A stretch of 64,000 bases of DNA from Eledone cirrhosa. Its lineage: Eukaryota. The stretch is from positions 2,170,001-2,234,000 of the forward strand of contig OZ024763.1 in assembly GCA_964016885.1 (NCBI GenBank), written 5' to 3'. The notes below the pieces were generated by a model that ran no database searches, was not told the origin of the DNA, and saw only the letters and a program-made list of their open reading frames with translations. Position numbers and translations under genes: made by a program. Shown here piece by piece: positions 12,491-25,753 of this stretch; position 1 is the stretch's first letter, and each line of letters opens with the position of its first letter.

Positions 12491-12740
12491 GTTGGGTAAC
12501 ATCGATGAACTTAGCTGGTGGTCTTGTTTGGGGATCCAGTCAGATCAGTTGAAGACGGTTTGCTTCTGACAGGACCCACTGGAAAGAGTGTTTCAGGACT
12601 CTGCCCCCCATGACCGCCTCCCAGGAATAAGTGGGCAAATAAAAAGATTTTTATGGACAGATTTTATGAGCAAAAAACCAACTGACAGGGGGCACAGTGG
12701 TAGACCCGCACCAAGGAAGATGGTTGAATAACATCCATTG
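12420..12740 (+). mobile_element. Degraded RTE-like LINE ORF2 3' remnants
   Basis: Frameshifted peptide pieces such as RGRWLGNID and ASDRTHWKE match the GRP..RW.D.I / A.DR..W C-terminal pattern of RTE LINEs. Confidence 0.5.
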
Positions 12741-12825
12741 TTTCCTCGGCCCGATTTGGCGAAAGGTCGATCAACTGTCTGTCTGTCTGTCTATTTACAC
12801 AGACAAGAAAACCATATATTCTCGC

Positions 12826-13020
12826 CTGTTGCAAGAGCGAGAGGGATCGTCCTCATGAGAATCAGTTCAGTACGAAATGCATTGATGGTTGTCCCCCTTG
12901 CCTCTGCTGCACACCGCCAGGTGGCGATAGCCACTGATGTTTTTGCATAGCGGCGTCTTTCTAAATATTTATTTATAAACATACCATATTTCTTTAGAAA
13001 TACGAAATTCCGATACATAT
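12826..13020 (-). CDS. Candidate internal coding exon: (D)MYRNFVFLKKYGMFINKYLERRRYAKTSVAIATWRCAAEARGTTINAFRTELILMRTIPLALAT
   Basis: 195 nt open frame, phase 1-1, acceptor TATACAG, non-canonical donor CAG|GCGAGA, protein-like unique sequence. Confidence 0.5.
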
Positions 13021-14404
13021 CTGTATACAGCTATGCTCAACGCTAAATACTAATTATATATATATCTTTACATTTGTCCAGTGTGTCAGGTAATTGTGGC
13101 AGTGTGATGATAAACTTAATTTAGGTACACACCAGTGAAAGTGGTTAGAATTAGGAAGAGAACTCAGCCAGAGAAACTATGTCAATATAGAATATAGGAA
13201 CAAGACACAGTTATCTGACTTGTCTAGCTGCAGAACTAATGCATGGAAGATAGACTTATAATGGTGACAATGATATATTTATAAATATATATATATATAA
13301 TGTGTGTGTATATATATATATAATGTATATATATATGTGTGTGTGTGTGTGTATGTATATACACATTATATATATAATGTGTATATGTATACATATATAT
13401 ATATATAATGTGTGTGTATAATGTATATATATATATTGCCTCAAGTGGGAAAACCCCCGTCCAAACCCATGCAAGCGTGGAACACGGACGCTAAACCTGA
13501 TGATGATGATGATGATGATGATGATATATGTGTGTGTGTGTCTGTGTGTGCATATATGTGTGTGCGTGTATGTATATACACATTATATATATATAATGTG
13601 TATATGTATACATACAATATATGGCTCTTTCTCTCTCTTTACATTTGGCTATATGTTTATATATATATATGTATATATATAATGTGTATATATAAATATA
13701 TATAATGTGTGTGTGTATATATATATATATATAATGTGTATATATTATTTATGTTGATACTCAGAACAAGTGTACACTACCTTAGGTAAGACATCCTAGT
13801 TCTATGTATGAATATAACTAAATAATTTATCAGTTCTGACACTAGAGGGAGCAGTCCTCCTTCCTCTTTTTCCACAGCCACAGGTAGGTTTTACTACATA
13901 CACACATATATATTTTGTCTTCATGGGTATATACAGCATTTTACACCTATGCAGGCATTATATATATATGTCTATATATGTGTCTATATATATGTCTATA
14001 TATATATATATGTCTATATATATGTCTATATATATATATATATATGTCTATATATATGTCTATATATATGTCTATATATATATATATATGTCTATATATA
14101 TGTCTATATATATGTCTATATATATATATAATATATATATGTCTATATGTCTATATATATATATATGTCTATATATGTGTCTATATATATGTCTATATAT
14201 ATATATATATATGTCTGTATATATGTCTATATATATGTCTATATATATATGTCTGTATATATGTCTATATATATGTCTATATATATGTCTATATATATAT
14301 GTCTATACATATGTCTATATATATATATATATATGTCTATATGTCTATATATATATATATATATATGTCTATATATGTGTCTATATGGATGTAGAATGCT
14401 ATAT

Positions 14405-14651
14405 TCTAGGGCGGGTAAAATTCCCGAGATCCATGGACGAGTTCTCTCCAGCGGTCTCTGTCCCTCATTATCGCTGCCATGTCCTGCGTCTCCAACAGAC
14501 CAGTGTCTGTCCTTAGGGCATCAACATACGTTAACCTTGGTCTTCCTCTTCCAGTGTGTCCATGCAGGGGCTCCCACAGGAGCACTGAGTGCAATGTCAA
14601 CTCTGGATGTCGGTGAGCATGTCCAGCTAACCTCAGTCTCCTCTGTGTCAC
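14405..14651 (-). mobile_element. 5'-truncated RTE-clade LINE (ORF2 C-terminus intact)
   Basis: [23 protein letters not shown] and M.DRDRWR motifs. Probable TSD AATGCTATAT at 14395 and 14652. Confidence 0.85.
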
Positions 14652-14704
14652 AATGCTATATATATATATATATATGTGTATGTCTATATGGATGTAAAAT
14701 ACTG

Positions 14705-14741
<37 letters not shown>

Positions 14742-15494
14742 CTAACCCATGCTAGCGTGGAAGATGGACGTTAAACGATGATGATGATGATGGTGATATG
14801 AGAGTTTTTATAGACCTGCATCTATATTAGTATAGGCATTCATCTAATTATCCTACTTACACACACAGACACACACATACTCTCACATCACATACACAGG
14901 CACACACATTCACACACACACACACACACATTCACACACACACACACACTGTGTCTAACAACAATATGCACATACATATAGACACATACAATACATAAAA
15001 ACACAACACATACAAACATATACTCCCACACAACCCAAACGCACTCAATACACACACACAAACACCACACAATACACATACACACATACAAACATGAGCG
15101 CATACAAACACACACAAACAATATACACACACAAACGCACTCAATACAATACACACACACAAACACCACACAATACACATACACATAAATAAGCATACAC
15201 ATACAAACACACACAATATACACACACACACAATACTCACAAACGACACACACTCACACACACCAGACATATGAAGCATATTAAAGTGTGACTTATCAGT
15301 GATAAAGGAATCCTGTCTAATGTGGAACTCTTCTGTGTCTCTTAGTTGTTGGAATATTCTGGCATGGAAGCCATCTTGTTTCCAAACCTGTCAATTATCA
15401 CCTTTTCCACAGATAATGCAGTTACTAGTGTGTATATATATATTATATTATTATATGTACGTATAAGTGCGCTTGTAGTATATGTACACTTTGA

Positions 15495-15635
15495 AGCATA
15501 GAGTTACGTCCCTTTATGATCTGAGTTCAAATCCCGCCGAGGTTAACTTTGCCTTTCATCCTTACGGGGTCGATAAAATAAAGTACCAGTAATGTACTGG
15601 GGTAATTACTGGCCTTGTGTCTAAATCAGAAACAA
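15495..15635 (+). mobile_element. SINE S2, 5'-truncated
   Basis: Matches 54875-55058. Confidence 0.75.
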
Positions 15636-15900
15636 TTATTATATGTACGTATGTATGTGTGCGAATGTCTGTATGTATGTATGTGTGTGTATGTATGTTT
15701 GTGTATGTATGTGTGCGAATGTATGTATGTATATATGGATGTGTGTGTGTATATGTATGTATGTATGTATGGTTGTGTATGTATGTGTGCGAATGTATGT
15801 ATATGTGTATGCGTGTGTGTATGTGTATATATGTTTGTGTATGTATATATGTATCTGTGTGCGTGTATGTATGTGAATATATTTATATATATATATATAT

Positions 15901-16440
15901 AGGAAGGGCATCCAACTGTAGAAAACCTGCCAGACAGTCCTATGCGAGCAAGACAATCACTCTTGCCTCAAATGGGACTACCCCTGTCCAAACCCATGCA
16001 AGCGTGGAACACGGACGTTAAACGTTGATGATGATGATGATGATGATGATATATATACATATATAGTCAGTAGGCACCTCTAACGAAAATACACCCCTGT
16101 CCCACTACCCCCACCCCATCCACACCACCCCTTCCAATGTAAAGTTATGTTGGTACCACAACATCCAGTCCGAAACAAATGAGGTCGTGTAGGTGTCACA
16201 ACAAAAAACACACAGTCCATGCTGTAATGTGGCCGTGTAGGCAACACGGTAAAAACCTCCCAGTCCACACTGTAAATGTGGTTGGTGTTAGGAAGGGCAT
16301 CCAACTGTAGAAAACCCGCCAGACAGTCCTATGCAAGCAAGACAACCACTCTTGCCTCAAGTGGGACAATTCCCGTCCAAACCCATGCAAGCGTGGAATA
16401 TGGACGTTAAACGATGATGGTGATGGTGATGATGATGATG
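15901..16440 (+). mobile_element. Two SINE 3' halves with RTE-type tail (GCAAGCGTGGAA..GGACGTTAAACG(ATG)n)
   Basis: Repeated at 15901-16049 and 16150-16440, with a tail fragment at 13436-13523. Confidence 0.7.
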
Positions 16441-16565
16441 ATCATGTGTGTGTGTGTGCGTGTGTATAGTATGCATGTATCTGCATTTGTTTGTGTGTGT
16501 ATACATGTTTGTATGTGTGTGTGTGTATGTATGTATATGTATGTATGGTTGTGTATGTATGTGAC

Positions 16566-16601
<36 letters not shown>

Positions 16602-16747
16602 AGTGTATTGTATGCATGTATCTGCGTTTGTATGTATGTGTATACATGTTTGTATATGTATCTATATAAATGTGTGTGTGTTGTTGTGTATATATATATA
16701 TATACAGGGTATCCCCCAAAAATGTATACGCATTTCAATAACATACT

Positions 16748-17895
16748 ATAATAATAATAATAATGAAATTATTGTGTAAAGTGCTCAGGTGCACTACAAC
16801 TCGTCAAAGGTGTATGTATAGTACATAGAATAATACACAAATGTCAGGGAAGTACATGTGTGTATGTATTAGCTGTAGTGTTGGCAGATCTCGGGAAGCA
16901 TGGAGGCCTTAAAGGATGCAGTGTCTCGACAGCTTAAAACTGATGCAGGTAGTTTGTTCCATGGAGATTTTAAAGGATGCAGTGTCTCAACAGCTAACAA
17001 CTGATGAAGGTAGTTTGTTCCATGGAGATTTTAAAGGATGCAGTGTCTCAACAGCTAACAACTGATGCAGGTAGTTTGTTCCATGGAGATTTTAAAGGAT
17101 GCAGTGTCTCAACAGCTAATAATTGATGAAGGTAGTTTGTTCCATGGAGATTTTAAAGGATGCAGTGTCTCAACAGCTAATAATTGATGAAGGTAGTTTG
17201 TTCCATGGAGATTTTAAAGGATGCAGTGTCTCGACAGCTAATAATTGATGAAGGTAGTTTGTTCCATGGAGATTTTAAAGGGTGCAGTGTCTCAACAGCT
17301 AATAATTGATGAAGGTAGTTTGTTCCATGGAGATTTTAAAGGATGCAGTGTCTCAACAGCTAATAATTGATGAAGGTAGTTTGTTCCATGGAGATTTTAA
17401 AGGGTGCAGTGTCTCGACAGCTAATAATTGATGAAGGTAGTTTGTTCCATGGAGATTTTAAAGGATGCAGTGTCTCAACAGCTAATAATTGATGAAGGTA
17501 GTTTGTTCCATGGAGATTTTAAAGGGGGCAGTGTCTCGACAGCTAATAATTGATGAAGGTAGTTTGTTCCATGGCGATTTTAAAGGATGTAGTGTCTCGA
17601 CAGCTAACAACTGATGCAGGTAGTTTGTTCCATGGAGATTTTAAAGGATGTAGTGTTCCGACAGCTAACAACTGATGCAGGTAGTTTGTTCCATGGAGAT
17701 TTTAAAGGATGTAGTGTTCCGACAGCTAACAACTGATGCAGGGAGTTTGTTCCATGCTTCAGCAACTCTGAGCGTGAAAAAATGTTTCCGACTGTCATGG
17801 GAGCTGTGCTGTTTTCTGACTTTGTAGGCATGTCCACGTGTGTTAGACACATGGAAATCAAAAAGGTACTCAGGGTTGTTGTGGGCAACATGGTT
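16748..17895 (-). mobile_element. CR1-clade LINE 3' end with internal tandem amplification
   Basis: TRGHAYK..RKHFFTLRVAEAWNKLPASVV..SFK is the CR1 ORF2 C-terminus. 3' UTR and (ATT)n tail near 16750. Confidence 0.85.
16899..17755. repeat. 61 bp minisatellite, about 14 copies, made from CR1 coding sequence
   Basis: Unit ATGGAGATTTTAAAGGATGCAGTGTCTCAACAGCTAATAATTGATGAAGGTAGTTTGTTCC. Confidence 0.9.
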
Positions 17896-17901
17896 AATAT
17901 A

Positions 17902-18232
17902 TCATCATCATCATCATCATTATTTTACGTCCGCTTTTCCCTGCTTGCAAGGGTGGGATGGGAACTGATTCTGGCTTGATTTCTACAGCTGGATGCCCTT
18001 CCTAACACCAACCTCATTTACAGTAAGTGCTGGGTGCTTTTTTTGCCGTGGCACCCCCACGACCACTTTGTAGTGGAATGATAGGGACCCCAGTCCCTAT
18101 CATCTCATTTCTACAGCTGAGTAAACTGGAGCAATGTGAAATAAAGTGTCTTGCTCAAGGAAACAACACATCACCCGGTCTGAGAATTGAACTCACAACC
18201 TTTCGATTGCAAGGCCAATGCTCTAACCACTA
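17902..18232 (-). mobile_element. tRNA-derived SINE S1 (CORE-like box, RTE tail)
   Basis: Matches full-length 62943-63300. Confidence 0.85.
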
Positions 18233-18774
18233 TATATTTAAACATAAACATAGATACATATATGTGGCCCAAGGAATCAATGAATTAAATAAATAATTAT
18301 TAATCAGAGCTATATAAAATTATAAGTTTGAAGAACAGGCAGATAAAATGTCCCTAATTTTTCTTCTTAGTAATAATAAACAGTGCTAGATTTACCTGTA
18401 AGCTGTAGTTTAGGGCCACTGTGTAGTCAGTACCGAACTTACCTGTAAGCTATAGTTTAGGGGCCACACATGCTTGGAGGCCTTATTTCTTAAAATATAT
18501 TTTTGTTTTATCATTAGTTTTTATTCTTTTACACTAAATCCTTAAAATTTATACACACATACATATATATATATACACCCATATAAATACACACACACAT
18601 ATATATATATAAACACACACATATATACACACACACACATACACACACTCACATATATATACATATACACACACATATATATATATACACATACACATAT
18701 ACTCACATTTTATTTCTCATTAACATTAATATTTTTAAAAAATAATAATGTATAATTATTTAAATCTTTTTTAC

Positions 18775-18910
18775 CCAAATATTTCTTGAGAGAAGAGCTC
18801 CAAATTTCATATAGCTTAGTGCCCGAGCATACAAAAGCCCAGCCCTAATACCTGTAGTCCAACCACATCATAGGGTAATATCTTCCTTGATGGGGAAACG
18901 TGTATTTTGT
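18775..18910 (-). CDS. Candidate coding exon TKYTFPHQGRYYPMMWLDYRY*GWAFVCSGTKLYEIWSSSLKKYL (in-frame TAG at 18845-18847)
   Basis: Acceptor TATTTTCAG, donor G|GTAAAA, phase 1 end joins 13020 as ..KKYL-D-MYRNF. A shorter stop-free alternative in another frame exists. Confidence 0.35.
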
Positions 18911-19307
18911 CTGAAAATACTACAAACTTTGGAAGCTACATTGAATTCTGAGTAGAAAATAAATTTTAATATTTCCATATTTAGAACACATGAAGGCCAT
19001 CTGGTGTTTGTAAAAGACAGAAATTTGAACATTTTAAAATGCTGAGTCATCCGATTATCCCTTTCATTACCTCCCTTCTTTTCCTCTATATCCCTCTATA
19101 TCTCTCAGACCTCATACCTATATATATACAGCACCCATACAAATATATATATATATATATATATACACTGCACCCATACAAATATATATATATATATAAC
19201 ACCCATACAAATATATATATATATATATATATATACACTGCACCCATACAAATATATATATATAACACCCATACAAATATATATATATATATATATATAA
19301 CACCCAT

Positions 19308-19345
<38 letters not shown>

Positions 19346-19381
19346 TTCACCCATACAAATATATATATATAACACCCATAC

Positions 19382-19415
<34 letters not shown>

Positions 19416-19535
19416 TTCACCCATACAAATATATATATATATATAGCACCCATACAAACATATATATATATATTTATATGTATGCTGTATATATATGCTG
19501 TATATATACATATATTTGTATGGGTGCAGTGTATA

Positions 19536-19568
<33 letters not shown>

Positions 19569-19698
19569 CCCCACATCTTACGTTAACTATTTTTCCCATT
19601 TTGACGCTATAGTCACTTATATATTATGGATTGCTGTTGGCTTTTTGTTGCAGTGTTTTCTATACCTTTCATTTATATATATATATAGCACCCATACA

Positions 19699-19747
<49 letters not shown>

Positions 19748-19885
19748 TGCACCCATACAAATATATGTATATATACAGCATACATATAAATATATATACA
19801 CACACAGCACCCATACAAATGTATATATATTATCATCATGTATATAAAAAAATCTGTATATATGGAGTGCCCATACATATATATT

Positions 19886-19934
<49 letters not shown>

Positions 19935-19974
19935 GATATTAAATAAATGGAAACTATATTTATAAAACCATATT

Positions 19975-20040
19975 TATTTCATTATATATATTTCGGGGAT
20001 ATCATATTAACAATATGTTATGCCTTCCTCAGACAAAATA
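19975..20040 (-). ncRNA. Minimal hammerhead ribozyme (family C)
   Basis: Reverse complement of 20202-20267 with one stem II change. Confidence 0.8.
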
Positions 20041-20201
20041 CAATATAGACAGTTTTATAGATAAATAGATTTGACATACCGTTCAACATCGACTTGTATT
20101 TGAAAAAGTTGATTTGGCAAGTTGATTTTTTCAAATACAAGTCGATGTTGAACGGTATGTCAAATCTATTTATCTATTTATCTATAAAGCTGTCTATATT
20201 G

Positions 20202-20267
20202 TATTTTGTCTGAGGAAGGCATAACATATTGTTAATATGATATCCCTGAAATATATATAATGAAATA
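20202..20267 (+). ncRNA. Minimal hammerhead ribozyme (family C)
   Basis: TATTTTGT-CTGAGGA(20210)-AGGCATAACATATT GTT AATATGATATCCCT-GAAA(20248)-T-ATAT-A-TA-ATGAAATA. Confidence 0.88.
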
Positions 20268-20552
20268 AATATGGTTTTATAAATATAGTTTCCATTTATT
20301 TAATATCGTAAATATACTCCAAATACTTGTTGAGTGCTTTTATATCAGTTATAAATATTTACTAGTTGTAACCCAACAATTTAAATATAACTTTCCATAT
20401 ATATATATATATGTGTGTGTCTATATATATAAATATGTGAATGCATATATATATATATATATATGAGGGTATGTATGTGTGTATATATAACAATGTACAA
20501 AACAATATATATACAATATATATATATATATATAGTTTTAATATAGATGAGA

Positions 20553-20592
20553 TTCTACAGGACTAGAACCGTTTCATTCTTTAGAAATCATC
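20553..20592 (-). ncRNA. Truncated hammerhead-like remnant (family H)
   Basis: TGATGA-TTTCTAAAGAAT-GAAA-CGGTTCTAG-TC. Homologous to 29739-29785 and 43312-43341. Confidence 0.45.
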
Positions 20593-20700
20593 ACATATAT
20601 ATATACTATATATATATATATATAAAACAATATATATACAATATATATACATTATATATATATATATATATATATAAAACAATATATATACAATACACTT

Positions 20701-20780
20701 CTCACCTGAGGAAGGGCTTATGCCCGAAACGTCGTCCCCCACCAACACCCCACTCTCCAGAGCGTGAAATTAATAAACAT
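20701..20780 (+). ncRNA. Hammerhead core of Penelope pLTR type followed by AATAAA
   Basis: CTGAGGA-A-GGGC TTAT GCCC-GAAA-C-GTC-G-TC (20706-20736). Stem I is not paired. AATAAA at 20772. Confidence 0.65.
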
Positions 20781-20982
20781 TCGTTGTACTGCCTCTCTGT
20801 TTTGTCCCTGTTCAAATTTTTCCATTATATATATATATATATGTATACATTATATATATGTATACATTATATATATATATATAAAACAATATATGTACAA
20901 TATAACAATATATATACAATATGTATATATATGTGTGTGTGTATATATGAGTATATATACAAGTGTATAACCAGATGGTTAC

Positions 20983-21073
20983 CTTGATGTACCGCATCTT
21001 CTACATACCAAACTGATGTCTAACACCAAATGATGGATGTCTTATCTTTTGTCTCAAAGACATTCCATGGAAA
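20983..21073 (-). CDS. Candidate coding exon FHGMSLRQKIRHPSFGVRHQFGM*KMRYIK (in-frame TAG at 21001-21003)
   Basis: Donor AAG|GTAACC, phase 0 joins 18910. The acceptor is uncertain. Confidence 0.3.
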
Positions 21074-21109
21074 CTATTTCATGAATACAGGAGATAGGTG
21101 TTACTTTTA

Positions 21110-22680
21110 TAGTGTGGTGTGGTGTGGTGTGGTAGGGTGTGGTAGAGCGGTGTGTGTGGTGTGTGGTGTAGGGTGGTGTGGTGTGTGTGTGTGGTAGAGC
21201 GGTGTGTGTGGTGTGGTGTGGTGTAGGGTGGTGTGTGGTGTAGGGTGGTGTGTGTGGTGTGGTGTGGTAGAGCGGTGTGTGTGGTGTGGTGTGGTGTAGG
21301 GTGGTGTGTGGTGTAGGGTGGTGTGTGTGGTGTGGTGTGGTAGAGCGGTGTGTGTGGTGTGGTGTGGTGTAGGGTGGTGTGTGGTGTAGGGTGGTGTGGT
21401 GTGGTAGAGTGGTGTGTGGTGTAGGGTGGTGTGGTGGTGTGTGTGGTGTGGTGGTGTGGTGTGGTGGTGTGTGTGGTGTAGGGTGGTGTGTGTGGTGTGG
21501 TGTAGGGTGGTGTGGTGGTGTGGTGTAGGGTGTGTGGTGGTGGGGTGGTGTAGGGTGGTGTGGTGGTGTGGTGTGTGATGGTGGTGTGGTGGTGTGGTGT
21601 GGTGTGTGGTGTAGGGTGGTGTGGTGGTGTGTGTGGTGTGGTGGTGTGTGTGGTGTAGGGTGGTGTGGTGGTGTGTGTGGTGTGGTGTAGGGTGGTGTGG
21701 TGGTGTGGTGGTGGGGTGGTGTGGTGGTGTGGTGGTGTGGTGGTGGTGTGGTGGTGTGTGTGGTGGTGGTGTGGTGGTGTGTGTGGTGTAGGGTGTGTGG
21801 TGGTGTGTGTGGTGGTGGTGTGGTGGTGTGTGTGGTGGTGGTGTGGTGGTGTGTGTGGTAGAGTGGTGTGTGGTCTGTGTAGTGTGGTGTAGGGTGGTGT
21901 GTGGTGTGGTGTGGTAGAGTGGTGTGGTGTGGTAGAGTGGTGTGTGGTGTAGGGTGGTGTGTGTGGTGTGGTGTGATAGAGTGGTGTGTGGTGTAGGGTG
22001 GTGTGGTGGTGTGTGTGGAGGTGGTGTGTGTGGTGTGGTGGTGATGTGGTAGAGTGGTGTGTGGTGTAGGGTGGTGTGGTGGTGTGTGTGGTGTGGTAGA
22101 GTGGTGTGTGGTGTAGGGTGGTGTGTGTGGTGGTGGTGTGTGTGGTGTGGTGGTGGTGTGTGGTGTAGGGTGGTGTGGTGGTGTGTGTGGTGTGGTGTGG
22201 TGTGGTGTGGTGTGGTGTGTGTATGGTGCGGTGTGGTGTGTGTGAGGGTGTATGGTGTGGTGTGTGTGAGGGTGTATGGTGTGGTGTGTGTGAGGGTGTA
22301 TGGTGTGGTGTGTGTGGTGGTGTGGTGTGTGTGTGAGGGTGTATGGTGTGGTGTGTGTGGTGGTGTGTGGTGTGGTGTGTATAGTGTGGTGTGGTAGAGT
22401 GGTGTGTGTAGTGTGGTGGTGGGATGGTGGGGCGTGGTGGTGTGTGTGGTGTGTGGTGTGTGTGTGTGTGGTGGTGTGGTGTGTGTGAGGGTGTGGTGGT
22501 GTGGTGTGTGATGTGTGTGGTGGTGTGGTGTATGTGTGAGGGGGTGTGGTGTGTGTGAGGGGGTGGTGGTGTGGTGTGTGTGAGGGGGTGGTGGTGTGAG
22601 GGTGTATGGTGTGTGTGTGGTGTGGTGTGTGAGGGGGTGTGGTGTGTGTGAGGGGGTGTGGAGTGTGTGTGTGTGTGTGA
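21110..22680. repeat. Complex (GT/GGT/GTAGG) low-complexity satellite
   Basis: G/T-rich degenerate repeats. Confidence 0.9.
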
Positions 22681-22992
22681 TACAGTAGAGAGGCTGCACT
22701 CTTAAAACATAGACACACACTATTCAAAACTAACCCATCATTTAGAATGTGTGTGTATATATATATATGAGGGTGTGTGTGTATATATATATGTATGAGG
22801 GTGTGTGTGTATGAGGGCATGTGTACTGCATGTGGTGTGTGTGAGGGTTAGGTTAGGTGTGAATGAAGGTATGTGAATGTACATATGTGTGTATGGAACA
22901 GGTGGGTGCAGTGTAGACATTATATCTACCTGTAAACGCAACTGTTGTGCATTCTACCACACAACATCATCCACTGTGTGTGTGTGTCTATA

Positions 22993-23317
22993 TCATCATC
23001 ATCATTTTACGTCCTCTTTTCTCTGCTTGCAAGGGTGGGACGGGAACTGATTCTGGCTTGATTTCTACAGCTGGATGCCCTTCCTAACACCAACCTCATT
23101 TACAGTGAGTGCTGGGTGCTTTTTTGCCGTGGCACCTCCACGACCACTTTACAGTGGAATGATAGGGACCCCAGTCCCTATCATCTCATTTCTACAGCTG
23201 AGTAAACTGGAGCAATGTGAAATAAAGTGTCTTGCTCAAGGAAACAACACATCACCCGGTCTGAGAATTGAACTCACAACCTTTCGATTGTAAAGCCACT
23301 AAGCCATGTGCCTCCAT
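22993..23317 (-). mobile_element. SINE S1
   Basis: Matches 62943-63300. Confidence 0.85.
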
Positions 23318-23495
23318 AATATACGTGTATATATATATGTATATATTGTATATAGAGTGTTTATATTAAGAATACAGATGAAAATACTCTGATCTCAACA
23401 GCATCTAATGAACAAATAAATTAAGACTCCAAGCCGGTCATTTGTGAAACATGTTGCACATAATTAGAAATTGTGTGTGCGTATATTTATGTATA

Positions 23496-23530
<35 letters not shown>

Positions 23531-23537
<7 letters not shown>

Positions 23538-23958
23538 TTAGTTAAGCAAAACAAGACCACAAATTTCACAAGGAAGAGATTATTAAAAGATTGTCAACAT
23601 ATTTAGTTTGATGTAAGGAATGTAGAGAGTATATTGATAATAATAATGTCCGTTTACAATTGTTTCGCTACTCCATATAATATTTCTGGATCAGATGACT
23701 ATAATCATAATTGATCTGGTTCAGTTGAAAATAATTAACATATTTAAAAAACAGAGTGGCTCATCGGAACTTCAAAGGAATATAAATTAAAATAATGGGA
23801 TAATGTTACATAATATAATGTTCCATATATTGGTTTTTACTATGGTGTCTCTATTATTACTCTCTACATTCCTTACATCAAACTAAATATGTTGACAATC
23901 TTTTAATAATGTCTTCCTTGTGAAGTTTGTGGTCTTGTTTTGCTTAACTAATGAATAT
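23531..23958. mobile_element. Family E inverted-repeat element (arms 23531-23631 and 23858-23958) with a hammerhead-like core in the spacer
   Basis: About 100 bp reverse-complement arms next to (TA)n. Confidence 0.75.
23652..23770 (-). ncRNA. Variant hammerhead with long stem II
   Basis: GTT-CCGATGA-GCCACTC...GAGTAGC-GAAA-C-AATT-G-TA-AAC. U4C core variant with only a 3 bp stem I. Confidence 0.6.
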
Positions 23959-24255
23959 TTCCAGCTCTGTGCACCTAACTTCTGCATGAACCCAGCCACC
24001 TAGCTGCTTTCTACTGCATATTGCACATTGAGCACATGCCTTTACGCTTTGGCTTCTAACTAACTCACCAATCTCTCCTCTCATATCTCCTCTACTATCT
24101 CCATCTCTCTCTTTAAGATTGGTTACTCTTGAACTGTGTATATATATAGTTATATATATAGTTATACTTTGGGAGGGTCATCGTGCCAATAAAACACACA
24201 CACTTGTTGGTTTTCACTTCAATTTATTATATATATATATATATATGTATATCTA

Positions 24256-24356
24256 CAGGGTGTCCCCCAAAAATGTATACATATTTTCATTACCTATACA
24301 GACAATATTTGTTAGAATGCTGTTGAAGTGTGTTTACATATTTTGGGGAAATCCTG
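24256..24356. mobile_element. Tc1/mariner-like MITE
   Basis: TA-CAGGGTGTCCCCCAAAAATGTATACA ... TGTTTACATATTTTGGGGAAATCCTG-TA. Single end also at 16705. Confidence 0.7.
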
Positions 24357-24390
24357 TATATATATATATACGTATATGTGTGTGTGTGTC

Positions 24391-24444
<54 letters not shown>

Positions 24445-24595
24445 TATATATATACACATATATGTATATATATATATATACAGATATATTCATAGACATA
24501 TATGTAAATATATATATATATATATACAGATATATATATATATACACACACACATATATATATACACACACACATTTATATATATACACACACAC

Positions 24596-24724
<129 letters not shown>

Positions 24725-24725
24725 C

Positions 24726-24766
<41 letters not shown>

Positions 24767-24785
24767 TACATATATATATATACAC

Positions 24786-24816
<31 letters not shown>

Positions 24817-24835
24817 TACATATATATATATACAC

Positions 24836-24876
<41 letters not shown>

Positions 24877-24895
24877 TACATATATATATATACAC

Positions 24896-24928
<33 letters not shown>

Positions 24929-25280
24929 TTCATATATATATATACACATATATATACATATATATATATATATATATCAATTTAAACTCCATTTCTTTGT
25001 TATGTCTGTTGAACAAGTATCAGCCAGAAGCTATATCTATAAATTCTATGTGATAATATTGCTATCACTATATGATAATATCTCTTTTATTACATACCAT
25101 CTTTCTCTGTTGTTCCTTTCAAGAACAGTCAATGGATAGGAACGGGGAAATCATTCTTTTGGACAAAAGAATGTTGGTATGTATTATATGTGCGTGTGTG
25201 TGTATATATATATGTATATATATATATATATGAGGCATAAACTGAAGGTGTAGCCATAATATAGCAGATACCAATCAAAT

Positions 25281-25326
<46 letters not shown>

Positions 25327-25454
25327 GCATATATATGTAGACACACACACATATATATATATATATACATACATATATATATAATTATATGTAAATATAT
25401 ATATATATATATATATACACATATGTAAATATATATATATACACACATACGTAA

Positions 25455-25490
<36 letters not shown>

Positions 25491-25593
25491 GTATATATAT
25501 ATACATACATACACACACATATATATATATACACGCACACACACACATATATATATATATATAAATACATACGCACACATATATATATATACG

Positions 25594-25639
<46 letters not shown>

Positions 25640-25709
25640 TATACATATATATATAATTATATGTAAATATATATATATACACATATGTAAATATATATAC
25701 ACGCACACG

Positions 25710-25753
<44 letters not shown>

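Larger units (their letters stand above)
19932..20397 (+). mobile_element. Family C fold-back element with two inverted hammerheads
   Basis: Arms at about 19932-20107 and 20125-20310, tail to 20397, (TA)n flanks. Confidence 0.85.

Noticed and set aside
17001-17010. CTGATGA in the CR1-derived array (also at 13497 and in CAT/GAT tracts)
   Set aside because: No stem II-GAAA-stem III arrangement follows.
21110-22680. GTAGGG-rich tract as a telomere or interstitial telomeric repeat
   Set aside because: No tandem TTAGGG array. It is a degenerate GT/GGT satellite.
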